Source: the human T2T-CHM13v2.0 reference genome, Homo sapiens. From it: a stretch of DNA of 64,000 nucleotides. The stretch is taken from NCBI RefSeq assembly GCF_009914755.1, contig NC_060943.1. One strand, written 5' to 3'. Under the pieces are notes generated by a model. That model was not told the origin of the DNA, ran no database searches, and saw nothing but the letters and a program-made list of their open reading frames with translations. Position 1 is the first letter of the stretch. The number at the start of each line of letters is the position of its first letter. The position numbers and the translations under genes are program-made. Positions 1 through 40,283 of this stretch are shown one piece after another.

Positions 1-313
1 TGGATTCCTCCCTACGTGGCCCTGGTGACATCTTCATGCCAGCAATGGAGACCTTTGCTTGCCTCCAATCCTCTCACACCTGAAACCTCTTTTGCCAGGA
101 AGACTCAGTCCTTTTCAAGAACTCACCTCATTAGGTGAGGCCCCCAGAGGATATTCTTCCTAACTTAAAGTTAACTGATTTCAGACCCTACCTACGTCTG
201 CAAGACGCCTTCCCAGCAGCATACAGACTAGTACTTGACTGAGTGACTGGAGAAGGAGTGTGTACACCAGGGAGCAGGAATCTTCGGGTCATCTCAGAGT
301 TCTGCCTACCACA
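1..313 (-). mobile_element. Old MaLR (MLT1-type) LTR fragment
   Basis: Ends in ...gagttctgcctaccaca, the reverse complement of the TGTGGTAGGCAGAA start typical of MLT1 LTRs. Subfamily not determined. Confidence 0.55.
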
Positions 314-439
314 TTGGGGATTTCCTGTTCCATCGTTCCATTAGGTTGTGTTCTACTTTAAGAAAGATCTTCCCCCTTTTCCCCTTCTTTCTCTATTCTT
401 TCCTTTTTTCTTTCTGTCAGCATAAACCAAGGAATTCTT

Positions 440-750
440 TTTTTTTTTTTTTTTTGTCATTTTTTCTTGAGATGGAGTCTCACTCTGTCACCCAGGCTGG
501 AGTGTGCAGTGTGATCTCGAATCACTGCAACCTCCGCCTCCCGGGTTCAAACGATTCTCCTGCCTCATCCTCCCTAGTAGCTGGGATTACGGGCGCCTGC
601 CACCACACCCGGTTAATTTTTGTATTTTTAGTAGAGACGGGGTTTCACCACGTTGGTCAGGCTAGTCTCGAACTCCTGATCGCAGGTAATCCGCCCGCTT
701 TGGCCTCCCAAAGTGTTGGGATTACAGGCATGAGCCACTGCGCCCAGCCG
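440..750 (-). mobile_element. Alu (AluS-like)
   Basis: Poly-T followed by a full reverse-strand Alu dimer, flanked by ggaattc-like TSD remnants. Confidence 0.9.
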
Positions 751-954
751 GAATTCATTTTTAATTCAAGACTTTACAATCCACTTCTGACACTACTCAT
801 TTTCCTCCCCTCAGTAAATCTCTTACTCTTACTGGGCGTGTCTAGTTTCTCTCTTCCACAACTCCTGGGAGACCCTCCTGACATCGCCCATCCGCGCAGG
901 CTGCAGAGAGAGATCAGTGGGAGGAGGAGGAGCCGAGAGCCACCACTTAGGCTT

Positions 955-2099
<1,145 letters not shown>

Positions 2100-4392
2100 T
2101 GAAGTCTAGGCATAGCAACCCAGGGGTCCGCTCCCCAACCGAGCCACTCACCAAACACTAACCAGCCAAGTCAGCCATCAGGCAAGAAATTCAACCGCTG
2201 AGACATCTAGCCAAGAAATCCTCTAACCAAGGAACTCAACATTCAAGAAACCCACCAACCCAGGAACACACAGACCACCTGCCTGTGCTACTTCAACTCA
2301 CTCAGCTCCAGAGCTGTCTTCGTTCACCCTAGGGGTCCACACTTCATGCCCTAGATCCCTTTAGCTCCTTGACACTGGGCTGTTCTTTCAGAGGAATTTT
2401 AAACCAAAAAACTGGAATGGAATGTTCTGGTTTCCTGTGGTGTGTGTGTATGTGTGTGTGTCAACATGCCCATGATTGTTTTCTGGGTCAGTGGTCAGTA
2501 TCTGTGTTTCCCTGGAGCTGTTTCCTAGACTGTGAAAATCAGAATGTCCCAATGGGGAAGCCCACAGACATAGAATTCAGGCAGATGTCAGTTAAAAACT
2601 TACCTCTGACACTGAAAAACTGTATAGCCCTGAACAGATACTTTTCTTGAGCATAGTTCCTTTGTCTCTAAAGCAGGCATAATTGCCAATGTGGGGATGA
2701 TATTTAGAAATCTGAACTGATGTTTATTCTCTAGGGGTCTTCTCATTTGAGCTGGGATTGGAGATGTCTAGTGTCTCAGAGCAGCAATAAGAAAACAGAA
2801 ACCTCTTCCAGCTTCTGACATCCAAATGTCAAGCTCTTAGGAGAAGAATGGAAAGTCCTCAAGAAATGCAAATAGCTTTGGCAGAATAGCTGATGAAGAC
2901 CACCTCTCCCCCCTCCAGAAAGGCATTGGTTCCCCATTCATGGAAAAGGGAATGTAGAGAGAGATTAGACAATAGTACATCCATAAGGTTCCTGGAATCT
3001 GCATCTGAGGAAGAGGGGCGTCAGAGACCCCAGCTGTTATCTATAATCCCTCCTCACAGATAAGGCCTAGAGAGGCTCCAAGTTCTCAAAGAAGATATGC
3101 TACATGGTGTAGACATTTACAAAGAAATGACCTCAGACAGCCAAGGAGGATACCCCATGGCCCAGCCTAGTGAGAAGAAGGTGGGTTCCATAGGAATCCC
3201 AAGTGCCAGGTGGAGACAGAACTGTAGAGGAAAACTAGGGATAAGCAGGGAGCCATCGTGCATGAATCAAAACAGAGATCTAGACTGACACCATGGGCCA
3301 CAGACACCCCGGGGCTGCCTCTGATGCCCAAGCTTCATGGACAACCCCAAGTTCAGAACCAGATGAATATTTAGCACAATATTTAGCAGAACTAAGTTTC
3401 CACCACCATGGAGAATGGGGATTCTCAGTAGAAAGTCAATGGAGCTGCTGGGCAAGAGACTGCTCACTGTCCCCCAGAGCCCATCGCCTCTTTGTTCTGG
3501 GAACATTGCCTGGCCACGTCTCAGAGGTTCCCCTCTGCAGCCATGAAATGTGCTTTGGTCCTGTGGAATGTGAGCAGAACTGACATGTACCACAAACAAA
3601 CCTGGCTTTTCAATGTCTCCTGGGACACTCCTCTAAACTCCTCCTCCCCCGGCCAACGGGGCAAGGGATACCCATGTGATGATTTAGAAGGCCACATGTT
3701 GTAGACGTGGCAAAGCCCCCATTAGCCTGGGTCCCTGAACCATTCTAGGAACAGTCTCCCTTCCCCCAACTGCCTCATGTGGTCAAGCAGAAAATAGACT
3801 ACCATGTTGACAAATGACATGCTTGGCCTGTTTCCACAGCCCAATCCACCCAAACCAGTGCAGATGCAGGAGAATAGAGTTCTATTTCTTGCACATCTGG
3901 GATTACAGCTTCAAGTTCATACCCAACAGAGACATCCATCTTGTTGGGTGGTCTATAGGAAATAATAATAGAAGGAAACAACAAAGACCCTAGTCCACCT
4001 TAATTGTAATTGTTGTGATGCTGAGTTTGTCTCCTCTGTGGGCTTGGGTGTCTGGGCAGATCTCATGTGTTTGTGGGACAATGCTCTGGGTTATGGGGAT
4101 GCCTGCAGATAGGATGATGCCTAATTGTCTGTCATGTTAGCAGATCTAGAGGGTTAGCCATCCCTGTCCCTCTCCAGATCCAGCCCAGGCTGGGCCTGTC
4201 ACATTCAGCTGCAAAGCCATGTCAGGTTAGGATGGTCCATGTCAACATCAGCAGGCAGACCCAAGTGTCACCTTCTGCTACAGGCCTTGGAAAGCCAGCC
4301 AGCCTCCTCCACTTCAGCTCCCAGACTTCATCCAACCTGAATTTCACTCTCGGGTATCCAACTGGTATTTAGCACCAGGTAAACACAAAACG

Positions 4393-10989
<6,597 letters not shown>

Positions 10990-10990
<1 letters not shown>

Positions 10991-11165
10991 AGAAGAAAGA
11001 AGGAAAAGAAAGAAGAGAAGGAAAAGGAAGAAAAGAGGGAAGGGAAGGGAAAGGGAAAGGGAAAGGGGAAGGGGAAGGGAAGGGGAAAGGGAAAGGGAGG
11101 GGAGGGGAAGGGAAGGGGGAAAGAATGAAGGAAAGAAAGGAAAGGAAAGGAAGGAAGAAAAGAAA
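10990..11165 (+). repeat. Polypurine (GGAAA/GGAAG)n simple repeat derived from an Alu tail
   Basis: About 175 nt of almost pure A/G directly after an Alu 3' end. Confidence 0.9.
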
Positions 11166-11439
11166 TGATTGTTTGCTTGGTGTTGGAGGGGCTTGAGGGG
11201 GTGGGGAAAAAGGGGGGAACCCACACATTTGATCAAAGAACTCTTCTGTGTTGACTGTTGTGGTATGAGAGCAGAGAAAATGCATTGTGTTTTTCCTGAA
11301 ACACAAGACTCCGAGGCCTACATCACTCTTGCCCCAAGTAGTGCTTTTCTCTCAAGATGCTCAGGAGGAATCTTTAAACAAAGATGATCAAGGAAATGAG
11401 GCTTATTTATAGGTCTGTTTTGAAGGTGGAACCAGGGAT

Positions 11440-11595
11440 TCCTCAATTGGCCAATCACTTGAGAGAGTAGAAGGAGCTGTCACCCCATCAAACCAATCAG
11501 AAGCCAGGTGTTGGTTCCCACCCTATGACATACCACCTCCAATTGGCCAGTAGAAGTAGAGAGACAGGCTAGGAGGCGGGGCCTGCCTGGCCGCC
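11440..11595 (+). promoter_or_regulatory. Candidate promoter of the second CD225 gene: clustered CCAAT boxes plus a GC box
   Basis: ATTGGCCAAT 11446-11455, CCAAT 11493-11497, CCAATTGG 11539-11546, GGCGGGGC 11575-11582, then GCCGCCATG 11590-11598. Confidence 0.6.
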
Positions 11596-16398
<4,803 letters not shown>

Positions 16399-16569
16399 AC
16401 TGCTTCCCAGCTCTTGAACAAACCACCAAATATACACCACAGTGCAATTTACCTTGGCTCTAAGCATCTACTTGGGCTGAATGGAACACCTGCTCCTCAA
16501 TGTCTGGAGTGCCAAGCTATCTAAGATTAGAAAAACAAAATGCAAAGTGTTCTTCCTATTCTTACATGC

Positions 16570-17575
<1,006 letters not shown>

Positions 17576-17941
17576 ACAAGTGTTGCCAGCCTGGGTCAGC
17601 AGCTTGAAGGGAAGGAAGTGGTAGTGCCAGCAGCCCACTCGACCAGAACTCAAGACCAACTCCAGGACCCTGCTATGGCGTGGGGGACATGGGAGAGAGA
17701 GGAGGACCCCGTTGCTCGAGGACAGCCTGCCCAGATTCATGTATTCACATCGCAAGTCTAGTTCTGCCTACCAAGGGCGTTGGCTGTGCTACCTGACTCT
17801 GGAGACGTAGCAATGACTACTTCAAATTCAACTCAACCCCCTCAGAACATATAAATTGGGGTGAGAGACAGACATGCCACCAGACAGTGACAATCGGAGT
17901 GGTCCAATATATAATGGAAGAAAACTTGGGAAGGGTTACTA

Positions 17942-18403
<462 letters not shown>

Positions 18404-19539
18404 CTACCCAAGGAGCAGGGTAGGGGTCAGTGGATGGAAAATTAGTAAGAGAAAACATTGAGGGTAAGGGGGATTCTGACTAAACCAACCTAATAGGATT
18501 CTAGTTGAAGACAGGCCAGGGTGACCAGACATCACCAGGGGGATGGTGGAGGATGAGGAACCTGATCAGATGCCGAGGTGTATCAGATACAGAGGATGAG
18601 GGTTTCTAGCTAAACTGACGTAGAAGGGTTCTTTTGCTACAACTGGATTTTACAAAGAAGTGCACAGAAGGAGAAGGTTCAGATGCTTTTTTTTTTTTTT
18701 TTGAGATGGAGTCTCACTCTGTCACCCAGGCTGGAATGCAGTGGTGCAATCTTGGCTCACTACAGCTTCCGCCTCCCGTATTCAAGCCATTTTCCTGCCT
18801 CAGCCTCCTGAGTAGCTAGGATTACAGGTGCTCACCACCTCAACCAGCTAATTTTTTATAGTTTTAATAGAGATGGGGTTTCACCATGTTGGTGAGGCTG
18901 GTCTTGAACTCCTGACTTCGTGATATGCCCGCCTCGGCCTCTCAAAGTGCTGGAATTATAGGCGTGAGCCACCGTGCCCAGCCTTTCTTTTTTTTTTTTT
19001 TTTCTTTTCTTTTTTTTTTTTTTTTTTTGAGACGGGGTCTCGCTCTCTCACTCAGGCTGGAGTACAGTGGCATGATCTCGGCTCACTGCAACCTCTGCCT
19101 CCCAGGTTCAAGTGATTCTCCTGCCTCCACCTCCTGAGTAGCTGGGATTACATGCGCCTGCCGCCACGCCTGGCTAATTTTTTTATTTTTAGTAGAGATG
19201 GGATTTCATCATGTTGGCCAGGCTGGTCTTAAAACTCCTGACCCCAGGTGATCCACCTGCCTTGGCCTCCCAAAGTGTAGGAATTACAGGCGTGAGCCAC
19301 CGCGCCTGGCCGCCCGGCTAATTTTTATATTTTTAGTAGAGCTGGGGTTCTCCATGTTGGCCAGGCTGGTCTCAAACTCCTGAGATCAGGTGATCCACCT
19401 GCCTCAGCCTCCCAAAGTCCTGGGATTACAGGCATGAGCCACTGGGCCCGGCCCAGGTTCAGAAGCCTGACTAAAGTTTGGCCAAGCAAAGAATCCTTGT
19501 CAGGAGGCTGTAAATAAGAGACCTGTGAGAAATAAAAAT

Positions 19540-19916
19540 TGTCAGGTGTCTGAGCCCAAGCCTGCATGTATACATCCAGATGGCCTGAGGCAACTGAAGA
19601 ACCACAAAAACAAGTGAAAATGGCCAGCTCCTGCCTTAACTGATGACATTACCTTGTGACATTCCTTCTCCTGGACAATAAGTCTCCGGAGCTCCCCACC
19701 GAGCACCTTGTGACCCCCGCCCCTGCCTGCAAGAGAACAACCCCCTTTAACTGTAATTTTCCACTACCTACCCAAATCCTATAAAACTGCCTCACTCCTA
19801 TCTCCCTTTGCTGACTCCTTTTTCGGACTCAGTCCGCCTGCACCCAGGTGATTAAAAAGCTTTTACTGCTCACACAAAGCCTGTTTGATGGTCTCTTCAC
19901 ACGGACGCACGTGACA
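19540..19916 (+). mobile_element. Solo HERV-H LTR (LTR7 family, LTR7C-like)
   Basis: TGTCAGG...TGACA termini, HERV-H LTR motifs (ggactcagtccgcctgcacccaggtgattaaa), and a 5-bp TSD AAAAT at 19535-19539 and 19917-19921. Confidence 0.85.
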
Positions 19917-20328
19917 AAAATAAAATCCTAAGTCCGCCAACTGGCTGAATGAACACTGTCTTGGCCAAGGGGCCTACAGAGAAACACTAAAAGCTGAGTT
20001 CCTAGCCGTGACTGAACAGGTGGTCGGGCACACCTCATTCTACCTCCTCCCTTGCTGACTGCCATGAAGCTTTCTTCCCTAAGGGTTAAACAGAAACCAG
20101 CCCTATTGAAAGACTCATTCACTGCTAATTTCAACCAATGGCCTGAAATACATGGCTGCTCCTCCCTTTTGTGGTTTCAACATAACAACTGACCAGCATT
20201 CCTTCCTGATCAGAGGCCACCTAACCACGGGGTGTGGCTCTGGCCAGTCTACAGAGGCTGCACACAAAGGGCCTTTGTGTCCTCTGCATCACCTTTTGAT
20301 GTATAGGGCCTAATTGTAATACATTTAA

Positions 20329-20532
<204 letters not shown>

Positions 20533-20920
20533 TCATGAGGCTGAGGCAGGAGAATTGCTTGAACCCTGGGAAAGAGAGGTTGCAGTGAGCTGAGATCGCA
20601 CCACTACACTACAGCCTGGGTGACAGAGTAAGACTCCATCTCAAAAAAAAAAAAAAAAAAAAAAAAAAAGTGAATATGGGATGTTACTACACATGTGCTG
20701 TACCTTCCCTTCATGAATATTCATAGCTCCTCCTATAACCTGTTGAATATGTATACTGAGCCAAGCCATTCAGCGTTAACTCTGACCTTATCCTTCCCTT
20801 ACTGGAGGTGCCTGCTCTCAGCTTCTACCGGAGGCTACACTTCTCGGCCTGTGAGATGGCCCGGCTGCAGGCTGCAACTCTTTATGAGAAATAAAGCTCT
20901 CCTTTCCAAATTTGTAAACC

Positions 20921-21291
20921 TGTATTAGTCTGTTCTCACGCTGCTGAAAAGAACTGCCCAAGACTGGGTAATTTATAAAGGAAAGAGGTTTAATTGACTC
21001 ACAGTTCCGCAGGGTTGGGGAGGCCTCAGGGAACTTAAAATCATGGTGGAAAAGAAAGCAAAAACGTCCTTCCTCAGATGGCAGCAGGAAGGAGAAGTGC
21101 CAAGCAAAGAGGGAAAAGCCCCTTATAAAACCATCAGATCTCGTGAGAACTCACTATCTCAAGAACAGCAGCATGGGGGTAACCACCCCCATGATTCGAT
21201 TACCTCCCACTAGGTCCCTCCCACAACACATGGGGATTTGGGGAACTACAATTCAAGATGAGATTTGGGTGGGGACAGCCAAACCATATCA
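20921..21291 (-). mobile_element. Solo THE1 (MaLR) LTR
   Basis: tgtattagtc...ccaaaccatatca termini; TSD AAACC at 20916-20920 and 21292-21296. Confidence 0.85.
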
Positions 21292-21394
21292 AAACCTCAT
21301 GATTCTTCAGTTGACATCTAATCTGAGCTACCATGGTCTATCAAAAAACCACAGCTCTTGAGGGGATCTCGATGGCTGTTAACAAACTGGTTAG

Positions 21395-21611
<217 letters not shown>

Positions 21612-22061
21612 TAGCTAGGACTACAGGTGCATGCCACCATGCCCAGCAAATTTTTATATTTTTTGTAGAGACAGGGTTTTGCCATGCTGCCCAGACTGGT
21701 CTCAAACTCCTGAGCTCAACCAATCTGTCTGCCTTGGCCTCCCAAAGTGCTGGGATTATAGGCGTGAGCCACTGTTCCCAGCCATGATTTTTATTTAACA
21801 AATACTCATTATTTAACAAATACTTTCTGAGCACCTACTGTGTCCCAGGCATTGTCTTGGGAACGAGGAACACAACGGAGCAAGAGAAGTAAGGCCAACT
21901 TCTTCTCTGATGGAGCTTACATTCTAGTGGGAAAGAAAACTATAAACAAGTATACCCAAAAATAAACAAGATAATTACAGGGAATGGTAAATGCTATAGA
22001 GAAAAATAAAACAGAATAAGAAGCTAAAGTGGTGCCAGGACTGGTCCAGCAACTATTATGG

Positions 22062-22570
22062 TGTTGGGAGCAAGCCCCCCAAAATCTGGCCATAAACTGA
22101 CCCCAAGACTGGCCACAAACAAAATCTCCACAGCACTGTGACATGTTCATAATGGCCCTAACGCCCAAGCTGGAAGGTTGTGGGTTTACGGGAATGAGGG
22201 CAAGGAACACCTGGCCCGCCCAGAGTGGAAAACCACTTAAAGGCATTCTTAAGCCACAAACAATAGCATGAGCGATGTGTGTCTTAAGGACGTGTTCCTG
22301 CTGCAGTTAACTAGCCCAACCTATTCCTTTAATTCGGCCCATCCCTTCGTTTCCCATAAGGGATACTTTTAATTTAATATCTATAGAAACAATGCTAATG
22401 ACTGGTTTGCTGTTACTAAATATGTGGGTAAATCTCTGTTCGGGGCTCTCAGCTCTGAAGGCTGTGAGACCCCTGATTTCCCACTTCACACCTCTATATT
22501 TCTGTGTGTGTGTGTTTAATTCCTCTAGCACCAGTGGGTTAGGGTCTCCCCAACCGAGCTGGTGTCTGCA
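22062..22570 (+). mobile_element. Solo MER9 LTR (HERV-K9/HML-3)
   Basis: TGTTGGGAGCAAGCCCCCCAAAATCTGGCCATAAAC start, about 510 bp long, CA end, flanked by an atgg repeat. Confidence 0.8.
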
Positions 22571-22868
22571 ATGGTGTGCCACCAGATAAGTACGGAAATT
22601 GCCAGCAAGTGTTTAGAAACACAGCAATTTGACATATCCATGACATCCAAGTATAGGATCAATGGATTTTCTTGTTGAACAGGGTAGAGACCAAAAGGAT
22701 TGGTCCATGACAGGTTGGAAACATCAAACAAATGATCCTTCTCCATAGTTACAAGTAGTTTGAGATACACTGAGCTAGTGGGCAATGATGTCTACAAGGT
22801 ATATTATTTAGAGTCATGCTAGCTGCTATAACAAATAAACCCCACCATTTCAGTAGCTCACAAAATAA

Positions 22869-23056
<188 letters not shown>

Positions 23057-23117
23057 TAGTAGAGACGGGGTTTCTCCATGTTGGTCAGGCTAGTCTCAAA
23101 CTCCTAACCTCAGGTGA

Positions 23118-23276
<159 letters not shown>

Positions 23277-23645
23277 TAGCTCTCACACTTTGGCTCTCAC
23301 GTCTCAGCTCAAAGAACATCTTAGAAAGGCCTTCTGTGGCAGAGCCAGCAGGATGTTTATTGACTGCCTAGACCAGGACTACATTTCCCAGAGGCCCTTG
23401 CAGCTAGTTGAAGCCATAAGACAAGTTATGTTCAATGGACTGAGAGCAGAAGTGATGTATGTCACTTTAGGGTGAAGACTTTCAAGAAGCAGGTGCGAGT
23501 TCCTTATTCTCTCTTCTGCCTGGATTCAAAAGACTCTGAGCCCATAGAAGATGGTTGAATCACCTTATGGAAGAAGCCTGGATCCCTGAATTACTATGTG
23601 GATCAGGAGAAATGTCTGATGGGATGTTCTATGAGTAAGAAATGA

Positions 23646-24625
<980 letters not shown>

Positions 24626-26193
24626 ATGAGAATGAGACTTGCCCAGACAGGCACCCCGGGTGACTGCTCCTGGGGGTGCAGGCCATCCATTGTCCTTTGG
24701 TGGTGTCTCAGTCCAAAGGCAATTGTGACCAAATCACAGGGACAGATCAAGTCTTCTCAAAGCAGAGACTGGTGAAACTTTCCAAATCATGGCGGTAGGG
24801 CACGCCTTGCATGTTACTGAGAACTTCCTCCTCTCTCTTGACTTTGCAGTCTGAGACCCGGTCATATCTACATGTGTGTTTGGGGCAGGATGGGCAGAGA
24901 CATAGCAGGAAAGGAAGTCACAGGGGTGTGTCCTACCCCAGCCAGGAAGCAGGCAGCAGGGACCGCTGTGGGGCATGCCTGGAGGTTCTTCACCATCTGC
25001 TGAGCACCAGCATAACAATGGGACATTGGGACTGTCCACCTGCACTGTGCTGTTACCACTAACCAGACAACTGGCTTTCGTGGGATTCACCCTGGGTCCC
25101 TGGGGCAGAAAGCACCCTAAGTGCTCAGGGCCTTCCTCTGAAGGGGTCACTTTTTCCTTCATTGTCTTGGGTGATGTAACAAGCTGTGCCAGACTGGAGG
25201 AAGTGAGACCAGGTGCCTGCAGTGAGCTACTGAGACGCAGGTGACAGTCACAGCAGTTGCATTATCAGGGAGTTTCCTATGGTCATCTGAACTTCGAGGG
25301 AGGTTTTCTGGGGCCGGGCATTCCTTCCTCATTCCCATTTACCTAAATTGGCCCATCCTTGTCTGGTAGGTCAGCACCCAGCAGAGGCTTCTCCCCATGC
25401 ACAGCACTGTGAGGTTCAGGCACCTGGGCACAGTAACCACAGTGATTCCTGGAAGCTGGTGGGCATGCTATCCTGGGGCCATCTGAACTGGGAAAAGCTG
25501 TGTGAGTTCTTGGGGGCCAGCTTGTAGCCTTTTTGGCTGGGGCCAGGTTGAAGGTCTTCCTGGGAACCAGAGTCAAGAGCGGCCACTTACATTAAGCGGA
25601 TAAAGCCCACGACTTTCTTGAGCTGCTTGACAGCTGTACCAAAAAGGCACAAACCCATTGAGGATATTATGAAACATGAATACAGATGATTATTTTATTT
25701 TGGTTTGGTTTTGTTTTGGCTTTGAGACAGGGTCACCCAGGCTGGAGTGCAGTGGTGCCATCATAGCTCACTGAAGCCTCAACCTCCCAGGCTCAACTGA
25801 TCCTCCTGTTTCAACCCCCCAAGTAGATGGGACTACAAGTGTGCACCACCACGCCTGGCTAATTTTTTTTAATTTTTAATAGAGACAAGGTTTTGCTGTG
25901 GTGCCCAGGTGGGTCTCAAATTCCTAGCCTCAAACATTCCTCCCACCTCAACCGCCCGAAGTGCTGGGATTACAGGCATGAGCCACCACGCCCAGCCATT
26001 GCCTTATAATTTTTTACTGATGTCAGATATTGTTAATTTTACAGTGTTGGATGCTGGATTTTTTTTAATCTCTATAAATATTCTTGAATTTTGTTCTGGA
26101 ATGCAGCTAAATAATAGCTTGATCCTTTCGGGCCTTGCTTTTAAGCATGGTTGGTTAGTCAGCATCAGAGAAGTATTTCATCTAGGGCAGGGG

Positions 26194-26886
<693 letters not shown>

Positions 26887-27599
26887 GTCTAGCGCAGACC
26901 TCTCACACCTGCTGTGTCCCAAATTGACCCACCCCTGCTGCTTATTTTTACCACCCCTACCTGGTGGTGCGTCTGTCTCCCCACTCAACTGTGAGCTCCG
27001 TACAATAGGGACCAGGGCTGTTGTGGTCACCATGGTGTCCCCAGCATCACCCAGCACAGGGTCAGCTCCCTGAGTTTATGGAATGGTAAGCACGAATGAA
27101 TGGGAAAACGCATGCCAGGGAAATGTTAGGGTCATGCTCTCTGCCCCTACCCTCCACTCAGACATGAGACACCTGTTTCTGAAATCAAAGAGCAGTAAGT
27201 CCAGGATCTCATTGCCTGGTTCCAGTCCTCCTAGGACGCAAGTCCCATTTTGTCAAGAAAATAAAGGGGGTGAGCGTGGTGGCTCACGCCTGTAATCCCA
27301 ACATTTTGGGAGGCCGAGGCGGGAGGATCGCTTGAGCCCAGGAGTTCAAGAGCCCAGAAGCTGAGACTAGCCTGGGCAACAAGTGAGATCCCATCTCTAT
27401 TAAAATAAAAGTGTTTAGTTAAAAGAAGAAAAAGAAAATAAATGGAAGCATCAAGGACTGTTTTGCCTCTTTCGGGTTAGCTGGTAGTGAGCGGGAGAAC
27501 GAGGGAAGGCGGGCGGGGCTGCAGTCTCTCCACGCCCTTTTCATTTCCACTCAAGGAGACCCACCTGGGAAGAGTGAGCGCTGCAAGACCCAGCCTGAC

Positions 27600-27741
27600 C
27601 GCGCTAAGATTACTATGCAGCGCCCGAGCCCGCTGTCTGCCCGGCAACCGATGACGTCACTGTTGGCGCGCCCGTGACGTCAGAGGCGGGCGCCACACTT
27701 GAAGAGGCTGAGGGAGGCGGTGTCGCCGCCGCGGCGCTGTC
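27600..27741 (+). promoter_or_regulatory. HAUS5 CpG-rich promoter with two full CRE palindromes
   Basis: TGACGTCA at 27652-27659 and 27675-27682, a GC box and high CpG density. Confidence 0.7.
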
Positions 27742-37939
<10,198 letters not shown>

Positions 37940-39368
37940 AGAGAGGGTTCAAACGGAAGCCGAGAACTTGACACTGTTCACCCCAACACCTCACCTCCCC
38001 CAGGACATTTGGAAGAAAGCAGCGCCAGGATTCCTCGGCAGTCGTCCCCACCCGCACCTGCAGTCCCCTCATGTGCTGTTCTGCTGCCCCACTCAGCTCC
38101 TGGACCCTGTCCTTTCATCCCGCTAAAGCACCCCCTAAAACCCCTTCATCACTTTCATTCTCAGCAAAAAGTAATTGAGCACCTCCTCTAGGCGCTGGGG
38201 AGTCCACACTGAACAAAAGAAACAGAAAACCCTGTCTTCCAGCAGTTGAGTTCTAGGGCAGGGAGACAGAGTTTACAAGATAAGGAAAATATATATGTAG
38301 TATGCTGCAAGTTAACTGCTGTGTGGGAAATCCAGCAGGGGGTGGGATGTGTGATTTGAATTGAGGGCCACACTGCCCAGGTCGTGCTCCGTCAAGGGGT
38401 GAGCAGGAGCAACAGGGGTGGCTGAGTAAGGGCTTGCAGCTGGAGGCAACAGCACATGCAAAGGCCCTGAGCCAGGATGTGCTGCAATAAGGGCCACTGA
38501 GGGGGACAGTGTAGGTTGGGGGTGAGGAATGTATTAAAAGATGAGATTGCCTTCTAGTTTGTATAGTTTCTTTTTTTACATGTAAATCAGCCATTTGGAA
38601 TTTATCCTAGCACATGGATCCAATTTTGTCTTATTTTACATATATCCTAGTAGCACTTACTGAAATTCCCAGTCAGAGTGGCAGTTGCCTCTGAGGGAAG
38701 GTGGGTGGCAGGGATCAACTGAGGAGGAGACACAGAAATGTCCTAGCTGATGGGAATGTGCTGTGTCAAGAGCAGCGGCGGTGACGCAGGTGTAGAGATT
38801 TGTCAGAGCTCATGTAGTTGTAGTCTTAAGGCCTGTGCATTTCACTGCGTGGGTTACTCAATTTATAAAGCAAAGCCCTTACACTTTTGAGATGCCACCT
38901 TTTTATGCACTAAATTTCCATGTTTAATTGGGTTATATCTGGCTTCTCTCCAGACCTGCTTTGTATTTAACTCTCCATGTGTCATTCCTACAGTAGCTTA
39001 ATAGAAAGGCTTGTGACACATTGTCATATCTGTTCTTGTTTTCTTTTGTTTTTTTTTTTTTTTTTTTTTTGAGATGCAGTCTCATTCTGTTGCCCAAGTT
39101 GGAGTGCAGTGGCATGATCTCAGCTCACTGCAACCTCCGCCTCCCAGGTTCAAGCCATTCTCATGCCTCAGCTTCCCCAGTAGCTAGGATTACAGGTACG
39201 CACCACCACGCCCAGCTCATTTTTGTACTTTTAGTAGGGACGGGGTTTCATCATGTTGGCCAGACTGGTCTCGAACTCCTGACCTCAAGTGATCTGCCTG
39301 CCTCGGCCTCCCAAAGTGCTGGGATTACAGGCATGAGCCACCGCGCCTGACCACATTGCCATATCTGA

Positions 39369-39644
<276 letters not shown>

Positions 39645-40277
39645 TGATTCTATCGCCTCTGCCTCCCAAATCTTCACCTGCTGGGATTAGTTTCCCCTGT
39701 CTCAGTAAATTTTTTTTCCCAAACTAAGTGAACATTAGATTTAATTTGGCTGGCCCCAGAAGAAAAACATGCACAGATGGTAGTTTTACTGGTGTTGCAG
39801 TAAGTTTTCAAATTTGGAAGTTTGGCAGCTTTATGATCTTGAACCTTGCTGTCCATCTCTCACACAACTCCTCTCTTGGCCTCCAGAGTCCCTTTACTCT
39901 CCCAGCTTTCCTCCTGCCCCTGGCTGCTGTTTCCCAGCCTTTCCACATTGGCTTTCCCATGTAGTCCTTAGTGTGTCTGCTCCTCCTCTCTCTCCTCATC
40001 ACAGTTCCCAGCCCCCACCTTCAACTGAACTCAACAAAATCTTCAACTTCATACAGTAGTCACATTGTTAGTAATAACACTGGCATTTTTATTTTGATAA
40101 AATAGACCGTTTAAATTTTTGAGATTCTACCTTATATTTTTTGAATTATATACTAAAGCAAATAAGTAGTGATGTAATGTCATTGGGGACCAAGATTTTT
40201 AGTGTAAATGAAAAAAGATAACAAATATAAACTCAAGTAAACACCCTGTAGTCTTTCACATGAATTGGAAATATCAG

Positions 40278-40283
40278 AATAAA
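40278..40283 (+). terminator. Probable HAUS5 polyadenylation signal (about 2.3-kb, Alu-containing 3' UTR)
   Basis: First clear AATAAA I found downstream of the stop, followed by T-rich sequence. Confidence 0.5.

Noticed and set aside
3799-3984. Minus-strand 61-aa ORF in unique-looking sequence, checked as a possible third CD225 relic
   Set aside because: No CD225 motifs or convincing splice structure.
22571-22800. Coding-like composition next to the MER9 LTR
   Set aside because: No recognisable protein in the frames I read; probably an old transposon remnant that I could not assign.
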